From Pseudomonadota bacterium (lineage in GTDB: Bacteria; CALINM01): a stretch of 53,443 nucleotides of DNA. The notes below the pieces were generated by a model. That model had not been told where the DNA came from. It saw only the letters and a list, made by a program, of their open reading frames with translations, and did no database searches. Position numbers and translations under genes: made by a program. The stretch covers positions 1 through 53,443 of the forward strand of contig JAOAGA010000003.1 of assembly GCA_026415985.1 (NCBI GenBank), in the 5' to 3' direction. Positions within the stretch are counted from its first letter, which is position 1. Every line of letters begins with the position of its first letter. Positions 10,849 through 21,282 of this stretch are shown here, piece after piece.

Positions 10849-12222
10849 ATGAAAAAGTTATGGGGTGGTAGGTTTAAGGAATCAACAGAAAAGGTAGTGG
10901 AAGAATTTACTGAATCAATCTCTTTTGACAAGAGACTTTACATTGAGGACATAGAAGGCAGTATAGCCCACTGTAAGATGCTGGCTAAACAAAAAATTAT
11001 TGGTTCTGAAGAGTCAAAAAAAATTATAAAAGGTCTTAAAGAGATAAAAAAGGATATTGAAGAAAACAGGTTTGTTTTTAAAAAAGAGTTTGAAGATATC
11101 CATATGGCAATAGAATCGAGGCTCAGGGAGAAGATAGGAGAAACTGCGGGCAAACTACATACAGCAAGAAGCAGAAACGATCAGGTAGCTCTTGATATAA
11201 GGATGTATCTTAGGAAAAAAACCTGTTCTCTATATTTACTCATAGAGGAGCTTCAAAAATCTTTTCTTTCCAAGGCAAAGGAGTATCTGGATCAGATTAT
11301 ACCAGCCTATACCCACCTGCAAAGGGCACAGCCTGTTTTATTATCACACTATCTCCTTGCCTATATAGAAATGTTAGAAAGAGACAGGGAAAGATTTATT
11401 GACTGTTACAAAAGGATTGACAGAATGCCTCTCGGCTCTTGTGCTCTTGCAGGAACTACCTATCCCTTAGACAGAGAGTATGTTGCGAAGGAGTTAGGCT
11501 TTTCAGAGGTAACAAGAAACAGTATTGATGCAGTTTCTGACAGAGATTTTGCTATAGAGTTTGTATCAGCTTTAGCCATATTGATGATGCATCTGTCGAG
11601 GTTTTCTGAAGATATGATTATCTGGAATACAACCGAGTTTGGCTATGTAATCTTACCCGATGGTTTTTGCACAGGAAGCTCCATTATGCCTCAGAAAAAA
11701 AATCCCGATGTATTAGAGATTGTAAGAGGAAAAACGGGTAGGGTCTATGGAAGCCTTATGGCATTGCTTACAATTATGAAAGGACTTCCTTTGAGCTACA
11801 ACAGAGATATGCAGGAGGATAAAGAGCAGATATTTGACGCCACAGATACGGTGGAAAGTTCATTGAAGGTTTTAATACCACTTGTTTTAAAAACTTCCTT
11901 TAACAGAAAGAGGTTGTCTGAAGAAGCAAAAAAAGGGTTTATCTTGGCAACAGAGATTGCAGATTATCTTGCAAAGAAGGGGGTTCCCTTTAGAGAAGCC
12001 CATGAAATTACTGGTAAGATAGTAGCTTTCTGTGATGAGAATAAAAAAGATCTGACAGACCTTACATTAGAGGAACTTAAAAGATTTTCCTCCCTTTTTG
12101 ATAAGGATATTTATAATGATATAGATATCAAAAAGGCGGTTAATAATAGAAATATTATCGGAGCGACGGGGATAGATCAGGTAAAAAAGATGATTAGATA
12201 CTGGGAGAAGAGATTTGAGTAG
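10849..12222 (+). CDS. argH: argininosuccinate lyase
   Basis: LWGGRF, HTARSRNDQ, GSSIMPQKKNPD. Confidence 0.98.
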   Translation: MKKLWGGRFKESTEKVVEEFTESISFDKRLYIEDIEGSIAHCKMLAKQKIIGSEESKKIIKGLKEIKKDIEENRFVFKKEFEDIHMAIESRLREKIGETAGKLHTARSRNDQVALDIRMYLRKKTCSLYLLIEELQKSFLSKAKEYLDQIIPAYTHLQRAQPVLLSHYLLAYIEMLERDRERFIDCYKRIDRMPLGSCALAGTTYPLDREYVAKELGFSEVTRNSIDAVSDRDFAIEFVSALAILMMHLSRFSEDMIIWNTTEFGYVILPDGFCTGSSIMPQKKNPDVLEIVRGKTGRVYGSLMALLTIMKGLPLSYNRDMQEDKEQIFDATDTVESSLKVLIPLVLKTSFNRKRLSEEAKKGFILATEIADYLAKKGVPFREAHEITGKIVAFCDENKKDLTDLTLEELKRFSSLFDKDIYNDIDIKKAVNNRNIIGATGIDQVKKMIRYWEKRFE

Positions 12223-12379
12223 ATACTTAAAAGCGACAACACTTGTTCTGTTAATAATATTAATTAGCTCCTGTGGCAGAAAGGCACCCCTTCTGGCACC
12301 GGAAGAGATAAAAAGGGGAAAGGTTTTTAAAAACTACTCAAAGACAATTTTAAAATCTTTCAGTAGTTCAGTCACTTAA
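12215..12379 (+). CDS. small lipoprotein, LptM/YifL-like (54 aa, not in the ORF track)
   Basis: Hand translation from TTG: MSRYLKATTLVLLIILISSCGRKAPLLAPEEIKRGKVFKNYSKTILKSFSSSVT*; lipobox ISS-C followed by CGRKAP; overlaps the argH stop; purine-rich SD upstream. Confidence 0.75.
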   Translation: MSRYLKATTLVLLIILISSCGRKAPLLAPEEIKRGKVFKNYSKTILKSFSSSVT

Positions 12380-12424
12380 GCATTCCTAACTTGAAAAATA
12401 ATTAGAAACTGTTAATATTTAATT

Positions 12425-14782
12425 GTGAAAAAACTTATATTTACAATTCTGTCTTTTATAATACTTTCCTTCAGATCCTTTGGATACGGACAACAACCTA
12501 TAAGAGTAGTTACCGCTCTCTATGAACCCTTTGTATATTATGATGAAAACAGAAAACTAACAGGTTTTGACATTGATCTTTTAAAAAAGATATGTGAAAG
12601 GATTAATATCTCCTACTCAATAGAAGTTGTTTCGTTTCCTGAAATTTTAAACAAAATATCAAAGGGCGAAGCAGACATTGCAATTGGTGCTATATATGTT
12701 ACCGATGAGAGAAAAAAGATTGTCAGTTTTACTGATCACTATCTGGAAACAGGATTAGTTTTTGTTATTAAAGCAGGTGATATTTTTTCTAAGGATTTAT
12801 CAAATAAAACTATAGGTGTTAAAAAAAGGGCAACTGGTGAGGTTCTGGCACAAAAATATTCTCAAAAATTCATAAATTGCAAGGTAGTAAGTTTTAATTC
12901 AACGGAAGAATCTATTAATGCCCTTATTGACAAGAAGGTAGACGTTGTTCTGAATGATTTTTTAAACACAAACTGGCTTATGTTTAAAAAATATCGTGGT
13001 AGTATTGTTATACCAAGAAATTTTCTTGATTTGCCTGTATCCCTGACCAAAGATAAGATTGCCTTTCCTGTTAATAAGAATAGAGCAGATTTGCTTGAGA
13101 AGTTTAATGATGCACTTAGACAACTAAAACAGGAAGGTTACATTGCTCAGCTTCTTAAGGCAAATCCCTATATACCCCATTATCCAAATTTAATTAGAAG
13201 AATAATAATTGGCGCAGGCTTTCTGTTTTTATTGTTAGGTGTGATTATCCTTGTTGACAGAAATTTTAAAAATAAAGAGAGGCTAAAATTATTAATGGCC
13301 GAAGAGAGAAAGCTTAAAAATATTCTTAATGGCTTTCCTAATCTTATTCTATTTCATAATAGTAAGGGAGAAATAATTTATTTAAATGAAAAATCACAAG
13401 AGTTTGGAGTAAAAGAGAGGGAGAACCTTTTTGAATTTTTTAATAAACGAATTATTAAAAAAGAAGATAAAGATTTAATCAGAAAAAGATATGAAAAACT
13501 TTTTAAAGATAACAAATCATTGGAGATTACAAACATATCTGCAACTGATGAAAAAAACGTATTCAAGATATGGGAAATCAGAGCCACCACCGTAGAGGAT
13601 TATAACAAAAAATTGTATCTTACCTTCATTCAGGATGAAACTTACATAAAGGATATGGAAAAACAGATTTTTCAGATGCAAAAGTTAGATAGTGTTGGCA
13701 GATTAACTGCAGGAATAGCTCATGATTTTAATAATTCTCTTTCTGCGATACTTGGATATATTCAGCTTGCTAAATTGAAAATAGATAATAAAGAAGATGT
13801 CTCTAAAAGTCTCGATAAGGCAATTTATGCTGTCGATAGAGCAAGCGGAATGGTAAAAAAATTACTTGCCTTTACTAAAGCTCAGGCTATTCAGCCACAG
13901 ATATTAAACATTAATAACTTTATTTTAAATACAAAAGAAGTGATGGAGAAACTTGTAGGAGAAGATATAAATATTGAAATTAATCTTCAGCAGGAACTTC
14001 TAAATATAAAAATAGATCCCACTCAGTTTGAGCAAGTTCTGATAAATCTCATTGTTAACGCAAGGGATGCGATGCCAAAGGGGGGCAAGATAACCATAAC
14101 AACAAAAAATGTTTTTATTAGTGAGGAAAGTCCATCCCTTGAAATTGGTGAGTATGTTTTAATGGTCGTAAGTGATACAGGTACCGGAATGAGCGAGGAG
14201 GTCAAAAGCAAGGTCTTTGATCCCTTTTTTACAACAAAGGAAAAAGGGACAGGTTTAGGACTATCAACAGTATATGGGATAATCAGACAAAACAGGGGCG
14301 ATATATCTATTTCAAGTGAGTTAGGTTCAGGAACATCAATAAGTATTTATCTGCCTGCTGTTAGAGATGAAGCCAATGAAGAAAAAAAAGAAGCTCATCC
14401 GAAGATTGAAGTTAAGCCCCGTCATTTGATTCTTTTAGTTGAGGATGATTCTATGATCAGGGAATCGGTGGTTCTTATGCTAAAAGAGTTGGGTTATGAT
14501 GTATTAACCGCCGAGAATGGTAAGGAAGGATTGGAAGTTTACAGAAAAAACAAAAATATATCGGTAGTTATCACAGATATAATAATGCCGGAGATGTCTG
14601 GTATAGATATGATTAACGAGATGTGTAAGATTAACAGTTCTTTAAAGTGTTTATTTATGACCGGTTATTCAGATGCATATTTTGAAGGAAAGATTGAACT
14701 GTCATCCAATAAAAATATTATAAACAAACCTTTCACAATAAATATTCTACTGGAGAAAATGAATAGTCTCTTAAATAATTAA
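12425..14782 (+). CDS. hybrid sensor histidine kinase (periplasmic SBP family 3 amino-acid-binding domain, TM, PAS, HisKA, HATPase, REC)
   Basis: PFVYY..GFDIDL SBP motif; AGIAHDFNN H-box; NARDAM, DTGTGM, FFTTK, GTGLGL; C-terminal LLVEDD..TDIIMP..KPF. Confidence 0.92.
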   Translation: MKKLIFTILSFIILSFRSFGYGQQPIRVVTALYEPFVYYDENRKLTGFDIDLLKKICERINISYSIEVVSFPEILNKISKGEADIAIGAIYVTDERKKIVSFTDHYLETGLVFVIKAGDIFSKDLSNKTIGVKKRATGEVLAQKYSQKFINCKVVSFNSTEESINALIDKKVDVVLNDFLNTNWLMFKKYRGSIVIPRNFLDLPVSLTKDKIAFPVNKNRADLLEKFNDALRQLKQEGYIAQLLKANPYIPHYPNLIRRIIIGAGFLFLLLGVIILVDRNFKNKERLKLLMAEERKLKNILNGFPNLILFHNSKGEIIYLNEKSQEFGVKERENLFEFFNKRIIKKEDKDLIRKRYEKLFKDNKSLEITNISATDEKNVFKIWEIRATTVEDYNKKLYLTFIQDETYIKDMEKQIFQMQKLDSVGRLTAGIAHDFNNSLSAILGYIQLAKLKIDNKEDVSKSLDKAIYAVDRASGMVKKLLAFTKAQAIQPQILNINNFILNTKEVMEKLVGEDINIEINLQQELLNIKIDPTQFEQVLINLIVNARDAMPKGGKITITTKNVFISEESPSLEIGEYVLMVVSDTGTGMSEEVKSKVFDPFFTTKEKGTGLGLSTVYGIIRQNRGDISISSELGSGTSISIYLPAVRDEANEEKKEAHPKIEVKPRHLILLVEDDSMIRESVVLMLKELGYDVLTAENGKEGLEVYRKNKNISVVITDIIMPEMSGIDMINEMCKINSSLKCLFMTGYSDAYFEGKIELSSNKNIINKPFTINILLEKMNSLLNN

Positions 14783-14797
14783 ATTAGGAGTTAAAAA

Positions 14798-15433
14798 ATG
14801 AGCCTATTAATTACCTATAAAGAAGTCTTAGAAAATATGTATGGTATAACCTACATGATTGACAAAGAGGGTTGTTTGATTGATTATGGAGAGAGGAACT
14901 GGAATAGTTTTGCCATCTCAAACGATGGTGAGATACTTACAAAGAAAGATAATGTTATTGGCAAAAACCTCTATGATTTTATATCAGACGAAGAAACCAG
15001 AGAAAGTTACAGAAAGATGAATGGCTTACTTTTTAATGGCATTATGGAGAATATTCATTTTTATTATAGATGTGATGCCCCTGAGTTTAGGAGAGATATG
15101 AAAATGTGTATAACACCTATAAAAAAAGATGGTGAGGTTAAATATCTCATTTATCAGTCTATACTATTAAAGGAGACAATGAGACCACCGATGAATATTT
15201 TTAAAAATCAAGATGCCCAGAGAGAAAGAACCAGTAATATTGTAACTATCTGTAGTTACTGCAAAAACATAAAGATACCTAAAAGCTACGATGACAGTAA
15301 AAGCTACATATGGGTTACACCAGAAAAGTATTATCAGCTCGGTGGCAGAGAAAGTATTCTTTTAAGTCACGGTATTTGTCCGCTATGTTATGAAAATATT
15401 GTTTTAAAGTTTCTACCTGCTGATACCCTATAG
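14798..15433 (+). CDS. PAS-like domain protein with C-terminal Cys/His zinc-ribbon motif
   Basis: VIGKNLYDFI and YRCDAP PAS-like segments; ICSYCK...SHGICPLC; AGGAG SD. Confidence 0.7.
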   Translation: MSLLITYKEVLENMYGITYMIDKEGCLIDYGERNWNSFAISNDGEILTKKDNVIGKNLYDFISDEETRESYRKMNGLLFNGIMENIHFYYRCDAPEFRRDMKMCITPIKKDGEVKYLIYQSILLKETMRPPMNIFKNQDAQRERTSNIVTICSYCKNIKIPKSYDDSKSYIWVTPEKYYQLGGRESILLSHGICPLCYENIVLKFLPADTL

Positions 15434-15449
15434 CTAAAATAATTCGGGT

Positions 15450-17159
15450 TCATTGTTTTACTGGAAGGGTGATTATAAACTTGGTTTTTTTTCCGGGACT
15501 GCTTTCCAATTCAATAAAGCCGTTATGGAGCTCTATAATATTTTTTACTATTGCAAGTCCAAGTCCCGTGCCTCCCAACTGTCTTGAACGGGATTTATCA
15601 ACGATAAAAAACCTTTCAAATATTCTGTCTTGGAAGTTTTTTGGAATTCCGATACCTGTATCTTCTATTGTAAATATAATATTTTTTTCTTCTTTTTTTA
15701 CCGATATGTAAATTTTTCCACTCACGGGGGTAAACTTGATTGCGTTAGAAATAAGATTTATCAGTGCCTGAAATATTAAAAAGCTGTCACCAAAGTATGT
15801 AACATCTTCTCCAATATCTAATTTGATCTCAAGCTGTTTTTCCGAGATATCATTCGTAAACATCTCCAGGGCGTTCACAATAATCTCCTTGAAACTGAAA
15901 AACTCTCTTTCTATGGAGATTCTTGAATCTAATCTTGATAATAGCAAGACATCACTTACGAGGGCAGAGAGTCTGTCTATATGTTTTTTCAGTATGTTTA
16001 CAATTCTCTTTTTATTTTCGTCAATCTCCTCTTCAAGGGTATCTATATACCCCTTAAGAACAGTTATAGGGGTTTTGAGCTCATGAGATACGTTGGCGGT
16101 AAAATCTGCCTGCATTCTTTCAACCCTTTTAACCTCTGTTATATCAACAAAAGATAGCAGAAGAAACTGACTTTTCTGATGATCAATCTTATTACCAGAG
16201 ACTGAAAAAAATTTTCCTTCATATTCTATCTCAATGTTAAAATTTTCTTTTCTTTCATAAAAAGATTTGAGGGCACTGTAAAAATATTCATTTCTTAAAA
16301 TATTTGCAATTTCGTCAAGGTTTTTAAAATTCCGGAAAATTTCTCTGAAAGGTTTATTGGCTATAAAAAATAGCTTGTCTTCCTTTGCAATTACCACCGG
16401 GAAAGGGAGATTTTCTATAATATTTGATAGAAACTCCTTCTGGCTTTTTATATCCTCTGTTAGATCTCTCAATGAATCGGAAAGATATTCTATCTGCTGA
16501 GCTAAAGGATAGAGGATATTTTTTTTATCAATTTTCAGTTCCTCAATAAAATTACCTTTACTTATCTGAGATAAAGAATCCTGAATTTTATCCATGTTTT
16601 TGGCGAAATTTTTTAAGTTTTGAAAAACAAAAAACAAGATTATTAAAAAAAGAGAACTCAAAAGAAGTAAAAAGGTTTTTCTGTAAGGTTTAATAAAGTG
16701 AGATAACTCTGATATCTCGGCAGAGACTCTGAGTATGTAAATATCTTTATCATAGCTGATCTTTTTTGCATAGTATAACAATCGTGTGTTTAGTGTATTG
16801 CTGAACCGGACCACTTCAGCTTCACCTTCTTTCAGTGCCCTTTGAACCTCCTCCCTGTTTTTATGATTTTCCATGGTTTTCGGATTGTTATGAGAGTCAT
16901 AGATAACTTGCCCATCTTCTTTAATGAGGGTGATTCTATAACTGTTTATCTGGGATAGTAAGCTTAGTATCTGGAATGTTTTATCTTCATCAATCCTTTC
17001 AAGATATTTGGTTGTATTCACTGTAAAGTTTTTCAACGCCTTTTTTGATGAGTTTAGATATACCCTTTCTATGAAAAGAGAGGAAAGATATATTGAAAAA
17101 ACAACTCCCAGAAAGAAGATAAGAAAAATCTTCAGGAAATAAAGATATATGTTCTTCAT
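15450..17159 (-). CDS. phoR: phosphate regulon sensor kinase
   Basis: MENHKNREEV periplasmic motif, ANVSHELKTP, NAIKF, FERFF.VDKSRSR..GGTGLGL; downstream of phoB. Confidence 0.88.
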   Translation of the reverse strand: MKNIYLYFLKIFLIFFLGVVFSIYLSSLFIERVYLNSSKKALKNFTVNTTKYLERIDEDKTFQILSLLSQINSYRITLIKEDGQVIYDSHNNPKTMENHKNREEVQRALKEGEAEVVRFSNTLNTRLLYYAKKISYDKDIYILRVSAEISELSHFIKPYRKTFLLLLSSLFLIILFFVFQNLKNFAKNMDKIQDSLSQISKGNFIEELKIDKKNILYPLAQQIEYLSDSLRDLTEDIKSQKEFLSNIIENLPFPVVIAKEDKLFFIANKPFREIFRNFKNLDEIANILRNEYFYSALKSFYERKENFNIEIEYEGKFFSVSGNKIDHQKSQFLLLSFVDITEVKRVERMQADFTANVSHELKTPITVLKGYIDTLEEEIDENKKRIVNILKKHIDRLSALVSDVLLLSRLDSRISIEREFFSFKEIIVNALEMFTNDISEKQLEIKLDIGEDVTYFGDSFLIFQALINLISNAIKFTPVSGKIYISVKKEEKNIIFTIEDTGIGIPKNFQDRIFERFFIVDKSRSRQLGGTGLGLAIVKNIIELHNGFIELESSPGKKTKFIITLPVKQ

Positions 17160-17836
17160 TCATTCATATCGAAGGTATAGCCTATACCCCGAACCGTTTT
17201 CAGATACTTTCCGTAAGGTCCTAACTTGTCGCGCAACCTTTTTACGTGAACATCTATTGTTCTGTCAACAACTATCTTTTCATTACCCCACAATTTCTCA
17301 AGAAGCCCCTCTCGAGTAAAAACTTTGTTCTGATTTTCGACTAAAATTTTCAATATGTAAAACTCTGTCTTTGTAGTTTCTACCTTTTTTTCATCTACGA
17401 ACAGGCAAAAGGCTTCTAAATCAAGAGTGATCCCGTTTATTTTAATTAATCTCGATAAGGTTTTTGCAGGTGTTACTCTTCTTAAAACCGCTTTAACCCG
17501 TGCGATAAGCTCCCTTACCCCGAAAGGTTTAGTAATGTAATCGTCGGCGCCTAACTCAAGCCCAAGCACCTTGTCGCCTTCCATATTCCTTGCAGTCAAG
17601 ATTATTATAGGAATGTGGGACTTTGATGGATTATTTTTTATTAGTCTCAGTATCTCTAAACCATTCATGCCGGGAAGCATCAGGTCAAGTATAAGAAGAT
17701 CAAAATTATCATTTTTATACCTCTTTAAAAAATCTTCCGGTGTGAGAAAGTATTCAACAGAAAGTCCCTCTTTTTCCAGATTATGTTTTATTAACTCTGC
17801 GATGTCCTGCTCATCTTCTAAGATAAAAATTTTCAT
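17156..17836 (-). CDS. phoB: OmpR-family response regulator PhoB/PhoP
   Basis: LEDE, LDLMLP, GADDYITKPF, RTIDVHVKRLR, TVRGIGY; divergent from pstS. Confidence 0.88.
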   Translation of the reverse strand: MKIFILEDEQDIAELIKHNLEKEGLSVEYFLTPEDFLKRYKNDNFDLLILDLMLPGMNGLEILRLIKNNPSKSHIPIIILTARNMEGDKVLGLELGADDYITKPFGVRELIARVKAVLRRVTPAKTLSRLIKINGITLDLEAFCLFVDEKKVETTKTEFYILKILVENQNKVFTREGLLEKLWGNEKIVVDRTIDVHVKRLRDKLGPYGKYLKTVRGIGYTFDMNE

Positions 17837-18093
17837 AATTGTTTATTCTCTTTCTCTTTGTTTATACTGACTGATTTTTCTTTTAATTCCGATATGGTTA
17901 TGTTTTTTCTTAATATTGATGGTATAAGATAAAAAAAACCGCTCAAAACTCCTATTAAATAACAAAGAATTATTACAAGGGCGAGGGACCCTTCAAATGT
18001 CCTGTTGAAAAAACTTACCGATACAATAGCTGAGTTTTGGATAGCGAATATTGTTACAAGAATGGAAATCAAAATCAAGATTAGTAACTTCAT
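17833..18093 (-). CDS. LapA/DUF1049-family small membrane protein
   Basis: FAIQNS..VSVSF motif, two hydrophobic helices, basic coiled C-terminus. Confidence 0.75.
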   Translation of the reverse strand: MKLLILILISILVTIFAIQNSAIVSVSFFNRTFEGSLALVIILCYLIGVLSGFFYLIPSILRKNITISELKEKSVSINKEKENKQL

Positions 18094-18099
18094 ATGAAA

Positions 18100-18128
18100 A
18101 TTCTAACAATATGGTTTTTCTTTGTCAA
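18100..18128 (-). promoter_or_regulatory. sigma70 promoter TTGACA-17-TAGAAT (extended TG) of the lapA-phoB-phoR operon
   Basis: tgtcaa at 18123-18128 and attcta at 18100-18105 on the + strand; ATG 7 nt downstream. Confidence 0.7.
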
Positions 18129-18186
18129 TCTTACTTGGTCTTTAGGAGATTAATATTTATGGAATTAATAAAAAAATAATTTTCTT

Positions 18187-18210
18187 TTAACAAAAATTTA
18201 ACAAATTACA
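18187..18210 (+). promoter_or_regulatory. putative Pho box upstream of pstS
   Basis: TTAACA at 18187 and 18198 (11-bp spacing) plus TTACA at 18206, between phoBR and pstS. Confidence 0.6.
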
Positions 18211-18249
18211 CTTAAACTCAAATCATACAAAAAATTTCGGAGGTTTTTT

Positions 18250-19254
18250 ATGATTAAAAGGCTTTTAATGGTTTCTGTAATTTCCTTGATGTTACTGTTA
18301 AGCATCAAAGGAGCCTATGCGGTAGAAAAGGTCATCAAGATTGATGGTTCAAGCACAGTCTATCCCATTACTGAGGCAGTGGCTGAGGAGTTTCAGAAGC
18401 TTAAAAAGGGTTCTGTTAATGTAACTGTTGGTATATCAGGAACAGGCGGTGGTTTCAAAAAGTTCTGCAGAGGTGAAACGGATATCTCAAACGCCTCAAG
18501 ACCTATTCTTAAGAAAGAAATGGATGTTTGCAAAGAGGCAGGCATTGAGTATATCGAGTTACCCATTGCCTATGACGGATTAGCGGTTATGGTAAACCCG
18601 AAAAATAACTGGGTTAAAAGTTTGACAGTAGAAGATCTGAAAAAGATGTGGGAACCATCTGCTCAGGGAACCGTTACAAAGTGGAATCAAGTAAGATCAG
18701 AATGGCCCGATGCACCTCTTAAACTATATGGTCCGGGAGTAGATTCAGGTACTTTTGATTATTTTACTGAAGCAATTGTTGGTAAGGCAAAGGCATCAAG
18801 AGGAGACTTTACCGCAAGTGAAGACGACAACGTACTTGTTCAGGGTATAGCGGGTGATAGAAACGCCCTTGGTTATTTTGGGCTTGCTTACTATGAAGAG
18901 AATAAGGATAAGCTTAAAATAGTTCCTATAGTTAACCCTAACACAAAAAAGGAAGTTCTGCCATCTATTAAAACTGTAATGGATGGTGAGTATCAACCAC
19001 TTTCAAGACCACTTTTTATATATGTAAACAAGAAATCAGCGGAAAAACCAGAGGTAAAGGAGTTTGTTGAAAACTACCTGAAAAATGCCTCCAAGCTGGT
19101 TAGACAAGTAAAGTATATCCCTCTCCCGGACAGGGCATATAAACTTGCAGAGGAGAGATTTTCCAAGAGAGTAACAGGAACTATGTTTGGTGGTTCTGCC
19201 GAAGTGGGAGTAAAAATTGAAGATTTACTTAAGAGAGAAGAGAAAGGTAAATAA
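18250..19254 (+). CDS. pstS: phosphate ABC transporter substrate-binding protein
   Basis: Signal peptide; [36 protein letters not shown]. Confidence 0.95.
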   Translation: MIKRLLMVSVISLMLLLSIKGAYAVEKVIKIDGSSTVYPITEAVAEEFQKLKKGSVNVTVGISGTGGGFKKFCRGETDISNASRPILKKEMDVCKEAGIEYIELPIAYDGLAVMVNPKNNWVKSLTVEDLKKMWEPSAQGTVTKWNQVRSEWPDAPLKLYGPGVDSGTFDYFTEAIVGKAKASRGDFTASEDDNVLVQGIAGDRNALGYFGLAYYEENKDKLKIVPIVNPNTKKEVLPSIKTVMDGEYQPLSRPLFIYVNKKSAEKPEVKEFVENYLKNASKLVRQVKYIPLPDRAYKLAEERFSKRVTGTMFGGSAEVGVKIEDLLKREEKGK

Positions 19255-19277
19255 TTAGTCTTTGGTAAGAATCTTTT

Positions 19278-19309
19278 AAAAAAGCCCTGCTATATGGCAG
19301 GGCTTTTTT
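19278..19309 (+). terminator. intrinsic terminator after pstS
   Basis: aaaaaagccctgc-tatatg-gcagggctttttt hairpin with T tract. Confidence 0.9.
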
Positions 19310-19375
19310 ATTTATAAAGGTAGCAAAACAATTTATTTGAAATTAGGTATCTAAAGTTATAAAATCATTAATTCT

Positions 19376-20533
19376 ATGGATCAGCTGCTAATAGAAGGTG
19401 TGACAGGAAAAGATAGTCCGGTTGGAGTTACCGAGACAAAATTCTATACCTTCGACGGGATAACCTTAGAAAGCGGAGAGAAACTATCTCCGATAACCGT
19501 TGCCTATGAAACCTACGGAAATCTAAATGAAAACAAAGATAACGCCATATTAATATGTCACGCCCTTACCGGTGATGCTCACGTTGCAGGGGTTTCCAAA
19601 GAGGATGGTAAGCTCGGTTGGTGGGATTTTATGATTGGTCCGGGCAGAGCCTTTGATACGGATAAATATTTTGTTATCTGCTCAAATGTTATAGGTGGAT
19701 GCAAAGGCTCAACGGGCCCCTCTTCGATTAATCCTGAAACGGGTGTTCCCTATGGAATGAGCTTTCCTGTGGTAACAATAAAGGATATGGTTAATGTCCA
19801 GAAAAGGCTCATAGATTATCTTGGTATTAAGAGGCTTTTTTGTGTAGCTGGTGGTTCAATGGGAGGGATGCAGGTTCTTCAGTGGACCTATTCATATCCG
19901 GAATGCGTCTATACCGCAATACCTATTGCGACCACAATAAGACATACTCCTCAACAGATAGCCTTTAACGAGGTGGGCAGAAGGGCTATAATGTCCGATC
20001 CGGAATGGTTAGGCGGAGACTATTACGGCAAATCCTTTCCTGCCAGCGGGCTTGTGGTTGCCAGGATGATAGGGCATATAACCTATATGAGTGATCAGTC
20101 AATGAAAGAAAAATTTGGCAGAAAGAGAAAGAAAAGTGAAAAGTACGGCTATGATTTTGAGGCCGAGTTTGAGGTTGAAAAGTATCTAAAATATCGTGGA
20201 GAAACCTTTGTCCAGAGGTTTGATGCCAATTCTTACCTATATATTACAAAGGCAATCGATTATTTTGATTTAGGCGAAAACAGGGAGTTAATCAAGTTTT
20301 ATGACAGCAGGGATCTGAAATTTCTGGTGATCTCCTTTTCTCACGACTGGTTGTATCCTCCCTACCAGTCAAAAGAAATAGTTAAAATACTTAAATATGC
20401 ATGGGTTGATGTAACCTATTGTGAGATATCATCTACCTATGGACACGATGCCTTTTTAATACAAAACGAAGAACAGGAAAACCTTGTTAGGGATTTTCTT
20501 AAAAATGCATGGCAACAAAAGGGAAAGAGGTAA
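19376..20533 (+). CDS. metX: homoserine O-acetyltransferase
   Basis: [14 protein letters not shown] nucleophile motif, FDANSY, GHDAFL. Confidence 0.95.
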   Translation: MDQLLIEGVTGKDSPVGVTETKFYTFDGITLESGEKLSPITVAYETYGNLNENKDNAILICHALTGDAHVAGVSKEDGKLGWWDFMIGPGRAFDTDKYFVICSNVIGGCKGSTGPSSINPETGVPYGMSFPVVTIKDMVNVQKRLIDYLGIKRLFCVAGGSMGGMQVLQWTYSYPECVYTAIPIATTIRHTPQQIAFNEVGRRAIMSDPEWLGGDYYGKSFPASGLVVARMIGHITYMSDQSMKEKFGRKRKKSEKYGYDFEAEFEVEKYLKYRGETFVQRFDANSYLYITKAIDYFDLGENRELIKFYDSRDLKFLVISFSHDWLYPPYQSKEIVKILKYAWVDVTYCEISSTYGHDAFLIQNEEQENLVRDFLKNAWQQKGKR

Positions 20534-20536
20534 CAG

Positions 20537-21133
20537 GTGACTAAAGAGATAAGTTTTGACCATAGCTTAATAGTCGAGATTATAGAAGAAGGATCTAAAA
20601 TTCTTGATTTAGGCTGTGGTAATGGTGAGTTATTAAGAATTCTGATGGACAAAAAGAAGGTCAAAGGGGTTGGAATTGAGAATGATGAAGAGATGATTTA
20701 TGCCTGTGTTAAGAAAGGTGTTACTGTCGAACATTTTGACATAGATGAAGGCTTACCGGATTTTCCCGATGATTTTTTTGATTATGTAATTCTAAACTTT
20801 ACCTTACAGGAGACTAAGAAACCTAAAAAGGTTATAAAAGAGGCCTTAAGGGTTGGAAGAAAGGTTATAGTTTCCTTTCCAAATTTTGCTTACTATCCCG
20901 TTAGATTTTATATAGGATTTCTTGGCAAAACTCCTCAGACAAAAGCTTTACCTTACAGATGGGATGAAACGCCTAACTTACACTATTTTACAATAAAAGA
21001 TTTTATCGAGTTTTGTTCAAGAGAAAGAATAAAAATTGTTTCCTTCATTGGTTTTACCGAGAATAAAAAAGTAAACTATCTTCCCAATATCTTTGCCGAG
21101 AAGGCAATGTTTATTTTGGAACGGATTAACTAA
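20537..21133 (+). CDS. metW: methionine biosynthesis protein MetW
   Basis: LDLGCGNG SAM motif, SFPNF, LPY.W..TPN; follows metX. Confidence 0.92.
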   Translation: MTKEISFDHSLIVEIIEEGSKILDLGCGNGELLRILMDKKKVKGVGIENDEEMIYACVKKGVTVEHFDIDEGLPDFPDDFFDYVILNFTLQETKKPKKVIKEALRVGRKVIVSFPNFAYYPVRFYIGFLGKTPQTKALPYRWDETPNLHYFTIKDFIEFCSRERIKIVSFIGFTENKKVNYLPNIFAEKAMFILERIN

Positions 21134-21282
21134 CCTATCTTTTAAGCAGTGACTTATCTTATAATTAGTTTATCAGTTAAAGCGGGTCTTATTATATTTG
21201 TCCCTATTTGTATCTGAATTCCAAAGTTTGTTTGACAAAAATCTACAAAGTAAAGTAAAATGTGATAAATTTGGAGGTGGCT

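Noticed and set aside
10725-10931. 68-aa minus-strand ORF with repetitive HITY/YHIS content
   Set aside because: A by-product of the heptamer repeat and antisense to argH
19310-19375. SAM riboswitch or T-box before metX
   Set aside because: The spacer is too short and is taken up by a promoter-like sequence
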